Positions 39,091 to 51,541 of a stretch of 64,000 bases of DNA are shown in pieces (position 1 is the stretch's first letter; every line of letters begins with the position of its first letter). The DNA is taken from the NCBI RefSeq assembly GCF_963921235.1, contig NC_086108.1, forward strand, positions 110,548,001 to 110,612,000, written 5' to 3'. Source of the DNA: Mobula hypostoma (taxonomy: Eukaryota). Position numbers and translations under genes: made by a program. The notes beneath the pieces are model-generated. The model made no database searches, had not been told where the DNA came from, and saw nothing but the letters and a program-made list of their open reading frames with translations.

Positions 39091-39760
39091 TCTATGTTTT
39101 AAATCTCTGATCTGAAAGCATTCTTCAGGGTTTTTAATGAGAAAACTTTGCGAAAAGATATTTGCTGTTTCAAAGGCAAGGGAGTAGTGGATTGAGATGG
39201 ATACCTTTCTCCATATTTGCCCCAAGTTGAAATCCAAATTAACCCATGCAGGAAATGATGTAAAAACAGCTTATGAACAGGAAGTGATGTTTGTACAAAA
39301 TGAACTCTGCCTCGAGAGGCAGAACAATATCCACTTTTAAATATACCCAATGATTTGGCCCCCACAGCAGTCTGTGACAATGAATTCCATAGATTCACCA
39401 CTCTCTGGCTAAAGAAATTCCTCTTTAACCCAGTTCTAAATGAACGTCCTCTATTCTGAGGCTGTGCGTTCTGGGCCTAGACTCCCCCTCTGTATGAAAC
39501 ATCCTCCCCATGACCATCCTGTCTAGGGCTTAACATACTCAATAGACTGTAATGAGATCCCCTGTCATTCTTTGAAACTCCAGTGAGTACAAACCCAGAG
39601 ACATCAAATGTTCCTCATACATTAAACCTTTCATTCCCAGAATCATTCTTGTGACTCTCATCTGAACCCTCCCCAATGACAGGACATCCTTTCTTAGATA
39701 AGGGGCCCAAAATTGCTCACCATACCCCAAACAAAGTTTACAATTTTATTGGAAGAGGTG

Positions 39761-39798
39761 CAGTCGACGTTTCAGGCCGAGACCCTTCGTCAGGACTA
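39761..39798 (-). ncRNA. Minimal type-I hammerhead ribozyme motif in the Penelope terminus (intact core)
   Basis: Reads agtc-CTGACGA-agg(gtctcgg)cct-GAAAC-GTC-gact: both conserved boxes, helix I agtc/gact, helix II agg/cct and a palindromic ACGT helix III. Minimal hammerheads are an established feature of Penelope-like elements. Confidence 0.8.
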
Positions 39799-42700
39799 AC
39801 TGAAGGAAGAGTGAGTAAGGGATTTGAAAGTTGGAGGGGGAGGGGGAGATGCAAAATGATAGGAGAAGACAGGAGGGGGAGGGATGGAGCCAAGAGCTGG
39901 ACAGGTGATAGGCAAAAGGGGATACGAGAGGGTCATGGGACAGGAGGTCCAGGAAGAAAGACAAGGGGGGGGTGACCCAGAGGATGGGCAAGGGGTATAT
40001 TCAGAGGGACAGAGGGAGAAAAGGGAGAGTGAGAGAAAGAATGTGTGCATAAAAATAAGTAACAGATGGGGTACGAGGGGGAGGTGGGGCCTTAGCGGAA
40101 GTTAGAGAAGTCGATGTTCATACCATCAGGTTGGAGGCTACCCAGACGGAATATAAGGTGTTGTTCCTCCAACCTGAGTGTGACTTCATCTTTACAGTAG
40201 AGGAGGCCGTGAATAGACATGTCAGAATGGGAATGGGATGTGGAATTAAAATGTGTGGCCACTGGGAGATCCTGCTTTCTTAGGCGGACAGAGCGTAGAT
40301 GTTCAGCAAAGCGGTCTCCCAGTCTGCGTTGGGTCTCGCCAATATATAAAAGGCCACATCGGGAGCACCGGACGCAGTATATCACCCCAGTCGACTCACA
40401 GGTGAAGTGTTGCCTCACCTGGAAGGACTGTTTGGGGCCCTGAATGGTGGTGAGGAAGTGTAAGGGCATGTGTAGCATTTGTTCCGCTTACATGGATAAG
40501 TGCCAGGAGGGAGATCAGTGGGGAGGGATGGGGGGGACGAATGGACAAGGGAGTTGCGTAGGGAGCGATCCCTGCGGAATGCAGAGAGGGGGAGGAGGGA
40601 AAGATGTGCTTAGTGGTGGGATCCCGTTGGAGGTGGCGGACGTTACGGAGAATAATATGTTGGACCCGGAGGCTGGTGGGGTGGTAGGTGAGGACCAGGG
40701 GAACCCTATTCCTAGTGGGGTGGCGGGAGGATGGAGTGAGAGCAGATGTACGTGAAATGGGGGAGATGCGTTTAAGAGCAGAGTTGATAGTGGAGGAAGG
40801 GAAGCCCCTTTCTTTAGAAAAGTAAGACATCTCTCTCGTCCTAGAATGAAAAGCCTCATCCTGAGAGCAGATGCGGCGGAGACGGAGGAATTGCGAGAAG
40901 GGGATGGCGTTTTTGCAAGAGACGGGGTGAGAAGAGGAATAGTCCAGATAGCTGTGAGAGTCAGTAGGCTTATAGTAGACATCAGTGGATAAGCTGCCTC
41001 CAGAGACAGAGACAGAAAGATCTAGAAAGGGGAGGGAGGTGTCGGAAATGGACCAGGTAAACTTGAGGGCAGGGTGAAAGTTGGAGGCAAAGTTAATAAA
41101 GTCAACGAGTTCTGCATGCATGCAGGAAGCAGCGCCAATGCAGTCGTCGATGTAGCGAAGGAAAAGTGGGGGACTGATACCAGATTAGGCACGGAACATA
41201 GATTGTTCCACAAACCCAACAAAAAGGCAGGCATAGCTAGGACCCATACGGTGCCCATAGCTACACCTTTAGTTTGGAGGAAATGGGAGGAGCAAAAGGA
41301 GAAATTATTAAGAGTAAGGACTAATTCTGCTAGACGGAGCAGAGTGGTGGTAGAGGGGAACTGATTAGGTCTGGAATCCAAAAAGAAGCGTAGAGCTTTG
41401 AGACCTTCCTGATGGGGGATGGAAGTATATAAGGACTGGACATCCATGGTGAAAATAAAGCGGTGGCGGCCAGGGAACTTAAAATCATCGAAAAGTTTAA
41501 GAGCGTGAGAAGTGTCACGAACATAGGTAGGAAAGGATTGAACAAGGGGTGATAAAACTGTGTCGAGGTATGCAGAAACGAGTTCGGTGGGGCAGGAGCA
41601 AGCAGAGACAATAGGTCGGCCAGGACAGGCAGGTTTGTGGATCTTGGGTAGGAGGTAGAAACGGGAAGTGTGGGGTGTGGGAACTATAAGGTTGGTAGCA
41701 GTGGATGGGAGATCCCCTGAGTGGATAAAGTCGGTGATGGTGTGGGAGACAATGGCCTGGTGCTCCTTAGTGGGGTCTACGCTCAAAGCTCTCCGCTTCT
41801 TTTTGGATTCCAGACCTAATCAGTTCCCCTCTACCACCACTCTGCTCCGTCTAGCGGAATTAGTCCTTACTCTTAATAATTTCTCCTTCGGCTCCTCCCA
41901 CTTCCTCCAAACTAAAGGTGTAGCTATGGGCACCCGTATGGGTCTGAGCTATGCCTGCCTTTTTGTTGGGTTTGTGGAACAATCTATGTTCCGTGCCTAT
42001 TCTGGTATCTGTCCCCCACTTTTCCTTCGCTACATCGACGACTGCATTGGCGCTGCTTCCTGCACGCATGCAGAACTCGTTGACTTTATTAACTTTGCCT
42101 CCAACTTTCACCCTGCCCTCAAGTTTACCTGGTCCATTTCCGACACCTCCCTCCCCTTTCTAGATCTTTCTGTCTCTGTCTTTGGAGACAGCTTATCCAC
42201 TGATGTCTACTATAAGCCTACTGACTCTCACAGCTATCTGGACTATTCCTCTTCTCACCCTGACTCTTGCAATAACGCCATCCCCTTCTCGCAATTCCTC
42301 CGTCTCCGCCGCATCTGCTCTCAGGATGAGGCTTTTCATTCTAGGACGAGGGAGATGTCTTCCTTTTTTAAAGAAAGGGGCTTCCCTTCCTCCACTATCA
42401 ACTCTGCTTTTAAACGCATCTCCCCCATTTCACATACATCTGCTCTCACTCCATCCTCCCGCCACCCCACTAGGAATAGGGTTCCCCTGGTCCTCACCTA
42501 CCACCCCACCAGCCTCCGGGTCCAACATATTATTCTCCGTAACTTCTGCCACCTCCAACGGGATCCCACCACTAAGCACATCTTTCCCTCCCCTCCTGTC
42601 CTGCATTCCGCAGGGATCACTCCCTACACAACTCCCTTGTCCATTCGTCCCCCCCATCCCTCCCCACTGATCTCCCTCCTGGCACTTATCCGTGTAAGCG

Positions 42701-43390
42701 GAACAAGTGCTACACATGCCCTTACACTTCCTCCCTTACCACCATTCAGGGCCCCAAACAGTCCTTCCAGGTGAGGCAACACTTCACCTGTGAGTTGACT
42801 GGGGTGATATACTGCGTTCGGTGCTCCCGATGTGGCCTTTTATATATTGGTGAGACCCGACGCAGACTGGGAGACCGCTTTGCTGAACATCTACGCTCTG
42901 TCCACCAGAGAAAGCAGGATCTCCCAGTGGCCACACATTTTAATTCCACATCCCATTCCCATTCTGACATATCTATCCACGGCCTCCTCTACTGTAAAGA
43001 TGAAGTCACACTCAGGTTGGAGGAACAACACCTTATATTCCGTCTGGGTAGCCTCCAACCTGATGGTATGAACATCGACTTCTCTAACTTCCGCTAAGGC
43101 CCCACCTCCCCCTCGTACCCCATCTGTTACTTATTTTTATGCACTCATTCTTTCTCTCACTCTCCTTTTTCTCCCTCTGTCCCTCTGAATATACCTCTTG
43201 CCCATCCTCTGGGTACCCCCCCCCCTTGTCTTTCTCCCTGGGCCTCCTGTCCCATGATCCTCTCGTATCCCTTTTGCCTATCACCTGTCCAGCTCTCGGC
43301 TCCATCCCTCCCCCTCCTGTCTTCTCCTATCATTTTGGATCTCCCCCTCCCCCTCCAGCTTTCAAATCCCTTACTCACTCTTCCTTCAGT

Positions 43391-43428
43391 TAGTCCTGAC
43401 AAAGGGTCTCGGCCTGAAACGTCGACTA
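43391..43428 (+). ncRNA. Hammerhead motif on the right arm, core mutated (CTGACAA)
   Basis: Same architecture as 39761-39798 but with a G-to-A change in the CTGANGA box. Confidence 0.65.
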
Positions 43429-43532
43429 TACCTCTTCCTAGAGATGCTGCCTGGCCTGGTGCGTTCACCAGCAACTTTGATGTGTGTTGCTTGAATTTCC
43501 AGCATCTGCAGAATTCTTGTTTGCGTTACAAT

Positions 43533-43547
43533 TTTATTGCATTTATT
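43533..43547 (-). promoter_or_regulatory. Two AATAAA polyadenylation signals of UOX (43542-43547 and 43533-43538)
   Basis: tttatt occurs twice on the + strand, about 80-95 nt downstream of the UOX stop codon. Confidence 0.7.
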
Positions 43548-43628
43548 CAGAACACTTTAATCATACGGCTACATCGGTGGTTATTTCTGCTGTGTACATG
43601 ATTAGCACTATCTCCAGTAGGACATTTT

Positions 43629-43703
43629 CTACAGCTTGGATGCAGATCTCCTCCGTACAGTTCCTGTAATATTCCCATATGGATTATCTGTCGGCAGCAG
43701 AAC
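43629..43703 (-). CDS. UOX: Urate oxidase last exon (VLLPTDNPYGNITGTVRRRSASKL*), with C-terminal PTS1 SKL
   Basis: Acceptor cctcctgtag|, 25 codons ending TAG. Matches vertebrate uricase VLLP.DNPYG.ITGTV.R and ends in the canonical peroxisomal signal SKL. Confidence 0.96.
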   Translation of the reverse strand, partial: VLLPTDNPYGNITGTVRRRSASKL

Positions 43704-46700
43704 CTACAGGAGGTAAATAACAGACATCAGTGTTGGAGTTAGTTAATTGAATTCACTAACTTTAGCCTTTCACAGATTCAAGTTTATTCATCACGAGTAC
43801 ATTCAAGCACACAGTGAAATTCTCAGTGTTTTGAAACACCCAGCAGGTCAAGCAGCATCTATGGATGGAGGAACTAGTTATTAATAACAATAACATCCAG
43901 GAACGTCTGTACCCAGATTGGGTGGTGTTCCGGTCAGCGTCTTTTCTCCGTGTCAGGAATAAAAAGCAATGCCTTCTCACTTCAGAAATGGAGACCTGTC
44001 TACGTAACAGAGTGACACAGCCACTGTCTGGGGATCGCCGGGAGGTGCCTGGAGCGAGCGCTGTGCAGGACAGTAAGCGAACCGCTGGCGGTGCACTGCC
44101 GAATCGGCGGGTGGGCACCGGGAAACCCAAAAAAAGGTACTGCCAGCATTCAAAGTAGCCCCTCAGCACCACAGGCTGTGACTGCTACAAGTACTGCTCA
44201 GGGGAGCAGTTCACTTACAACTGAGCCCACTCAAGCAGTTTAGAGAAGAAAGGCACGCATGAAATGGTCATTAGAAATAAACACTTTCATAATGCGTGTA
44301 TACTACCAAGGAATGGAACTTGGGACCAACAGGACAGCATAGAGGCAAACTTCATCAACAGTTGCACAGTTTAGAAAGCCAGAATACTGTACTAAACACC
44401 ACTAGAGTCGTCTGAAAGTTCCTAGCAACTGAGAAATGAGTGTGCTTGGCTATGCCCATACCTCAGGTTTTACCATCTTGAGCTAAGAAGAAAAAAATAA
44501 TAATAAGGATAATATTAACTCTATCAAGCACTTATCACACAGCTGATGTAGCTCAAAATGCTTTACAATGGGATAAGGTGCAAGTGTCAAAATCAAAATG
44601 AAGATAGAAGACATAAATATCAGTTAAAAGCAAGGTTAAATAAATAAGTTTTGAGCTAGTTGTTAAAAGTGTCAACTCAGTCTGCATCCCTTATAGTTTT
44701 AGGTATTGAATTCCACAGTTTGGGAACATAGGTCGGAAAGGCTGTTATCTTTTGAGGGAGATTGTTTAATTTCAAGAGAGCAGCAGAAGAAGAGCTGAGA
44801 GCTCGAGCATGATTGTAAAACAAATGTATCCCATTCTGTGATGTAACCCGGTTCCAGATCATTAAGAGCTTTAAAGACAAGAAAGAGAACTTTAAAATCA
44901 ATTCTAAAAGATACAGGCAAAGGAACCAGACATGGAATTGAGGGATATTGGCCCCGTGCAGCAGCTGAGCAGCTTGAATTGGCATCATGGTTGGCATTAG
45001 CATAATGGGCCGAAAGGCCTGTTTCTGTACCTTTCCATGTACTCCTTTTAGAACCTACAGCATTACAGCACAGCTCAGGCCATTCGGCCCACAATTTCGT
45101 GCCAACCTTTTAACCTACTCCAAGATCAATCTAACCCTTCCCTCCCACAGAGTCCTCCATTTTTCTATCATCCACGTGCCTGTCTAAGAGTTTCTTAAAT
45201 GTCCCTCATGTATCTGCCTCTAGTTCCATGCATCTATCGTTCTCCGTGCAAAAAAAAAAGCTACCTCTGACATGCCCCATTATACTTCCCACCAAACACC
45301 TTAAAATTATGCTCATTTGTGTTAGCCACTTCGGCCCTGGGAAAAAGTCTCTGGCTGGCTGAAGGGTCTTGCACATTATTTTGACATCATCTTTCCTCTA
45401 CACTCTGAACCCCTAAATACTATCTTATTATTCCCTTTTGATCTGCTTATTTATTTTGTGATTTATAGCATTTTAAGTCTTTGTGCTGTGCTACTGCCGC
45501 AAAACAACAAACTTCATGCCTCTTGTGACTTTTAAACACAGAATAGTGTAGAGTGCGTGCCAGGAGTGCTGGTGGAAGCAGATACACTGGGGGCATTTAG
45601 GAGATTCCTAGATAGGCACATGGATGATAGAAAAATGGAGGGCTATGTGGGAGTGAAGGGTTAGATTGATCCTAGAGTAGGTTAAAAGATCAGCACAACA
45701 TCATGGACTGAAGGGCCTGTACTGTGCTGTAGTGTTCTATGATTCAAGGGATTCTGCAGATGTTGTGCAATTTTAATTGGTCACTGTAAATTGTCCCCAG
45801 TGTGTGGGTGAGGGGTGGAATCTGGGGTGAGTTGATGGGAATGGGGGTGAGGGGGGAATAATGACAGCACAAAATTGTGGGCTGAAGGGCAAATACTGGT
45901 TCTATATAAATCAGTGATAATGAATCTGATTCTAACCCAATTTCTGAGATGTTTTCACCTCATCACTCTCTCCAAAGAAGCTGTCCGACCCGCTGCGTGT
46001 TCATGGCACTTTGATTTTATTTCAGATTTCCAACAGCTGCAGTTGAATGAATTCAATATAACCAGACCAGCGAACTCAAAAACAGTTCCTTTCCCCAAGC
46101 AGTGAGGCTGATCAACACCTCCACCCACTAACCCACCTCTCCACACCCCCAGCCACCACTACTTCATCATTTCCTGTCAGAGTCACCTAATGTACAAACA
46201 CTCCTGTGCCTATCGTCACTTTATGGACAGACAATCAATCTCTGTATACAAGCTATTTCATGTAATTATATTTACTGTGTTTTTATTATTACTGTGTTCT
46301 TTTTCTTATTGTGTTTTTTTGTGCTCTATTGGATCCAGAGTAACGATTATTTCATTCTTCTTTACACTTGCATACTGGAAATTACATGAAACAATCTTGA
46401 ATCCTTAACTGTGTTACGTCAAATGACCCTGCTGGTACTTCTGAAATTTGTACTTATTATGATCAAATTGCATTGTTATCTTACATGCTGGATTTAATTT
46501 ATAATACGGTGGCATTTCAGATGGCACTCTGCTTTTATAACATTTATTTTTACACCCAACAACATACAATGTACCAAGCCCCTTTGAAGCTGTCACGTGC
46601 TTCGTTAAGACCACAGGGTCCAACATCAAGGAGTCTTTACAGATTTGATGAATCCAGTGAGCTTGTTGCTGTCTCCAGAAATTTAGCTCACTCTTTCCGA

Positions 46701-46717
46701 CAGAACACGTGGACTCA

Positions 46718-47173
46718 TGTTGGATTAGACTGTTTAATTGTTATTTTGTTTGCAATTTAACAATCTATGCCCGATTGCATTTTTTATAACTACGTGTAAC
46801 TGTTTGGTATGTTCCCTAGTGGTCACAGTATGTATATGCAGTTGTTCAGAATGTCCCTGGTGGATATATTTGTATGATTCTGGAACCTTCTCCAGTGTTG
46901 TGTTATTTGAATAGGAGATATCTGATTGGTTGACTCTTATCTGTGAATTTGAATGGAAGTTTTTTATCTATAGAGCATAAAAAGAGCTACTAGGTGCCCT
47001 CTTTCTTTTTGCTTCTCCTTCTCTTCACACATTAGTGTCTGGTCCTGTTACTGTCCATTCAAAAATTTTCTTTGTTCTATTAACACTCAATAAAATAATC
47101 ATGAAGCAACAAGCTTTGTGCTTCTTTCCTGACTTCTGAAAGAACCTTGGGTTAAAAACATCAGAATCCAACA
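46718..47173 (+). mobile_element. Solo LTR (456 bp) inserted in a UOX splice donor
   Basis: Perfect 9-bp inverted ends TGTTGGATT...AATCCAACA. 4-bp TSD CTCA (46714-46717, 47174-47177). On +: ATTGG box at about 46925, TATA-like cataaaaag at about 46976, AATAAA at about 47089. Confidence 0.85.
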
Positions 47174-47178
47174 CTCAC

Positions 47179-47262
47179 CTCATTATTGTTTGAAATCCCG
47201 AACTTTGTCATATCAATTGTGAAGTAATGCTTATTTGGCATAACTATTTCAATCTCTTCCAT
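47179..47262 (-). CDS. UOX: Urate oxidase exon (MEEIEIVMPNKHYFTIDMTKFGISNNNE)
   Basis: Acceptor gtttttcag|, donor GAG|gtgagt, 84 nt. Contains the conserved active-site PN.HYF motif. Confidence 0.96.
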
Positions 47263-50200
47263 CTGAAAAACAGAGGCACACAAAGGTGAGTGTTACAGCT
47301 GGCAGTGTGTGTCTTCCTAGATTAAACACAGTGTTACAACGCTTAACTCCACATCTGATCAGAGCTCCCAAAGCTGCTTTCCAACTCTGGAGACATCCAC
47401 AATTCCAAGATTTCGTTAAACTCCATTTAAAAAGGTAACACTCACAACACGCTGGTATTTGTTTTCTCATGGTAACTACATTATGAAGCTGCTTTTCTCA
47501 TTTTTATCATCTTTCTGAGCTGTATTAATCCCAGATTGATTCTTGGGATGGCAGGACTTTCATATGAAGAAAGACTGGATAGACTAGGCTTATACTCGCT
47601 GGAATTTAGAAGATTCAGGGAGGATCTTATTGAAACATATAAAATCCTAAAGAGATTGGACAGGCTAGATGCAGGAAGATTGTTCCCGATGTTGGGGAAG
47701 TCCAGAACGAGGGGCCACAGTTTGAGGATAAAGGGGAAGCCTTTTAGGACCGAGATTAGGAAAAACTTCTTCACACAGAGAGTGGTGAATCTGTGGAATT
47801 CTCTGCCACAGGAAACAGTTGAGGTCAGTTCATTGACTATATTTAAGAGGGAGTTAGATATGGCCCTTGTGGCTAAAGGGATCGGGGGTATGGAGGGAAG
47901 GCTGGTACAGGGTTCTGAGTTGGATGATCAGCAATGATCATACCGAATGGCAGATAATATCACCTACCTGAATTGTTCCCACAAACTATGAACACTTCCA
48001 AGGACTCTTCATCTTATCTTCTCAATATCTATTGCTTAATTATTAATTATTTTGGCTTATTTTTCTTTTTGTATTTGCACAAGTTGTCTTTTGCAACTGG
48101 TTGTTTGTCCGTCTCCTTGTGTGCAGTTTTTCAATGATTCTATTGTGTTTCTTGGATTTATTGTGAATGCCCACAAGAAAATGAATCTCAGAGTTGTATA
48201 TGGTGACATATATGTACTTTGATAATAAATTTACTTTGAACTTTGAACTTTAAAATTTGGCTATGTTCTCATATTTATTTGACTTCATGCCACATGGGGA
48301 AGCCACTTCGCCTATCAAATCCATGCTAGCTCTCGGCATATTTCCATCAGTTCTGTCCTTCCACACAATTCCCTATATCCTGTTCCCTCTCATTTGCCCA
48401 TTGACTTCCCACTGGTACTTAAACCACCCCCCCCCCACACCTTTTGATGAATAACATATAGCCATAATCACCAACAATCCATGGGGTGTGGGAGGAAACG
48501 GGGGGGGGGGGGGGAGTTTGCTAACTCCACACAAACAGCTCCAGGGGTGAGGACCAGTTTGATCACAGAGTGATACAACACAGGGAAAGGTCCTTCAGTC
48601 CATCAAGTCCATCCCATTCATCAGAGGAGGACCTCCAGTGGCCGGGGTCAACCATGGATCTTAAGACTATAAGACCATAAGATATAGGAGCAGAAGTAGG
48701 CCACTCAGCCCATCGATTCTGCTCTGCCATTCAATCATGGGCTGATCCAATTCTTCCAGTCATCCCCACTCCCCTGCCTTCTCCCCATACCCTTTGATGC
48801 CCTGGCTAATCAAGAACCTATCTATCTCTGTCTTAAATACACCCAATGACTTGGCCTCCACAGCCACTCATGGCAACAAAATCCACAGATTTACCACCCT
48901 CTGACTAAAGTAATTTCTCCGCATCTCTGTTCTAAGTGGACGTCCTTCAATCCTGAAGTCATGCCCTCTTGTCCTAGACTCCTCTACCATGGGAAATAAC
49001 TTTGCCATATCTGATCTGTTCAGGCGACATGCAAGTACAGCTAAGAAAGAGAGAGGTAAGCAATGCAGCTTAATTTAATCAATTAACTTTAAGTATGTTT
49101 TCTTTTAGAAGATGACCAAGACATTTAAAAATATTCAAACTTTTGACAGTGTGATAGTTAATTCATCTTGGGGCATTTATGTGGGTGGGGCTTGCTATTT
49201 ATGAGCCAAAGTGTTCGTGTACCATACAGCCTTGCCATTTGGGATGAAACTGACTGCAGGGACTGCTGAACCCACCCTAGGTAAGCACAGGAAAGTGGCA
49301 AGCATAAGCATCTGCCAGCTCCCAGGAAATTCTGGGTGGACATAAAGAATCTTCCAAGTTAAATATTATGTCCTAGCTGTCATACGCAAGCCAGGACAGT
49401 ACGACAAGGAGAGAAAGCTGTTGCCTACGTAACAGTCTACCCCTCTCCATGCAGCTGATGAACCTAAAGAAAGAGCAGAGACCGACACAGCTTGGCACCA
49501 GCAGTATCACAGGAGTTGCTATTCAGTGTTGAACTCAACGTAGGACTGCCTTAGCAACTCCATCTCAGGATTTTTCCCTCTGGATTTGCTCCCAAAGTCT
49601 TCCCCGTGAGTGAGTAGAGAGGCAGCAGAGCTTTGAGCTCAGAGTTTTCCTTCTCCTAGATGAGCTGCCAATCACAGCTGATAAGCCCCATCTGCCCAGA
49701 GCAACTGGTCTTAAGGCACCAGTTGCCTCTTTTTGCCCTTCCCCTGTCAGTAGAAATGATTCCGCCGGGCTTAGTAGCTAAGCCAGATGTGAAGGCCAGG
49801 AGCTGGACTTCGTCGTCAGTGGCTAATTGAGACGTACACAATTGGGGACATTTAATAAGTAGTGGGAGCTCGTCCTCAGTACCTCCCCTGGCTATGAAAC
49901 CTGCCAACCATCAAGCTCTCATTTTGACAGCAGTCCTACACTGGAGGTCCCTGGGGAGAGTTGAAGAACAGAAGGACCTAGGGGTACAAATACATAGTTT
50001 CCTGGCCACAGGTGATAGGGTGGTGAAGAAGGCTTTTGGCAAGTTGACTTTCATCGGTCAGGGCATGGAGCACAGGGACAGTGACGTTACATTGCAGAGG
50101 GTTGTGTGCTTCTTGTTAGCTAAAAAAGTTAAGAATCCTAGAAAGAAATTGGGATTCAAAGATGAAGAAACAATGTTTTAATTAAGGTTGGCATGTTAAC

Positions 50201-51234
50201 GTAACGATTAGCACAATGCTCTTACAGCGCCAGCAGCTGGGGTTCAATCACACAGCACAGGAGACCCTGGGGGTTCAGTTCCCACCTGTCTGCATGGAGT
50301 TCTCACACTCTCCCCATGACCCCGCAGGTGCTCCAATTTCTCCAAAGACATACAGGTCAATTGGTTTGGAGACCTGATCAAAGGAAGAATGTGACACAGA
50401 CAGAATATAGCAACGCACACAAAATGCTGGAGGAACTCAGGCCAGGCAGCATCAATGGAAGGGAACAAACTGTTGGTGTTTCGGGCTGAAACTGGCCATC
50501 TTGATGGAAGATTTCAGCTCGAAACGGTGGCGGTATATTCCCCTTCATAGATGCTGCTGAGTTTCTTCTGAATTTTGTGTGTATTACTCAAGATTTCCAC
50601 CATTAAGCATAAGGCGGCATCCATCAGTAAGGACCCCCATCACCCAGGACAGGCCCTCTTGTCATTGCTACCATCATGGAGTTGGAACAGGAGCCCGGGG
50701 ACTCACACTCAATGTTTCAGGAACAGCTTCTTCCCCTCCACCATCATGTTTCTGAATGGACAATAAGCCCACGAGCACTCATCATCATTATGGGCTGTCT
50801 TGTTTGAGGTGGGTGACCTCGGTCTTTCCAGGACCATGACTGTTCTCGGCAAATTTGTCTACATAAGTGGTTTGTCATTGCCTTCTTCTAGGCAGTGTCT
50901 TCACAAGACGGGTGACCCCATGCATTGTCAATTCTCTTGAGAGATTGTCTGCCTGGTGTCAGTGGTCACATAACCAGGATTTGTGATCTGCACCGGCCGC
51001 TCGTACAACCATCCACCACCTGCTCCCATGGCTTCACGTGGCCCTGATCGGGGGTGGGGGGTGCCTAAGCAGGTACCACGCCTACACCCTGCCGGCTAGC
51101 GGAGGGAAGGAGCTCCCTATACTTCCTTTGGTAGAGAAGTATCTCCACACTGCCTTACTATTTTTTGTTCTCTTTTTGCACTATTTATTTAATGTAATTT
51201 TTAATATGCAAACGTTTGTATATTTCTTATAGTT

Positions 51235-51541
51235 GTGTGGGCATATGATTAAGGCATTGGACTAGTGACCCGAAGGTCGTGAGTTCGAGCCCCAGACGAG
51301 GCAACATGTGTTGTGTCCTTGAGTAAGGCACTTAATTACACATTGCTCTGCAACGACACTGGTGCCAAGCTGTATGGGTCCTAATGCCCTTCCCTTGGAC
51401 AACATTGGTGTCGTGGAGAGGGGAGACTTGCAGCATGGGCAACTGCTGGTCTTCCATACAACCTTGCCCAGGCCTGCACCCTGGAGAATGAAGACTTACC
51501 AGGCGCAGATCCATGGTTTCGCAAGACTAACGGATGCCTTT
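51235..51541 (+). mobile_element. tRNA-derived CORE-like SINE (near-identical copies at about 16775-17076 - and 61205-61492 +)
   Basis: A/B-box tRNA head (gttcgagccc), tgtgtccttgag.aaggcacttaa core and the shared tail agactaacggatgcc. Confidence 0.8.

Larger units (their letters stand above)
39752..43525. mobile_element. Inverted (hairpin) Penelope-like retroelement insertion with RT and GIY-YIG endonuclease on both arms
   Basis: Left arm on - (about 39752-41777), right arm on + (about 41782-43525). RT motifs GVAMG, LRYIDD, LPFLD. GIY-YIG region GVIYCVRC..CGLLYIGET.R.L..RF.EH. 14-bp TSD TTACAATTTTATTG at 39738-39751 and 43526-43539. Confidence 0.93.

Noticed and set aside
41668..42774. 368-aa ORF as a novel reverse transcriptase gene with a unique N-terminus
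   Set aside because: Its first 38 or so residues are the antisense reading of the left Penelope arm across the inversion junction. The rest is truncated Penelope RT with a frameshift.
51235..51310. tRNA gene
   Set aside because: It is the tRNA-like head of a SINE present three times in the window with a common body and tail.
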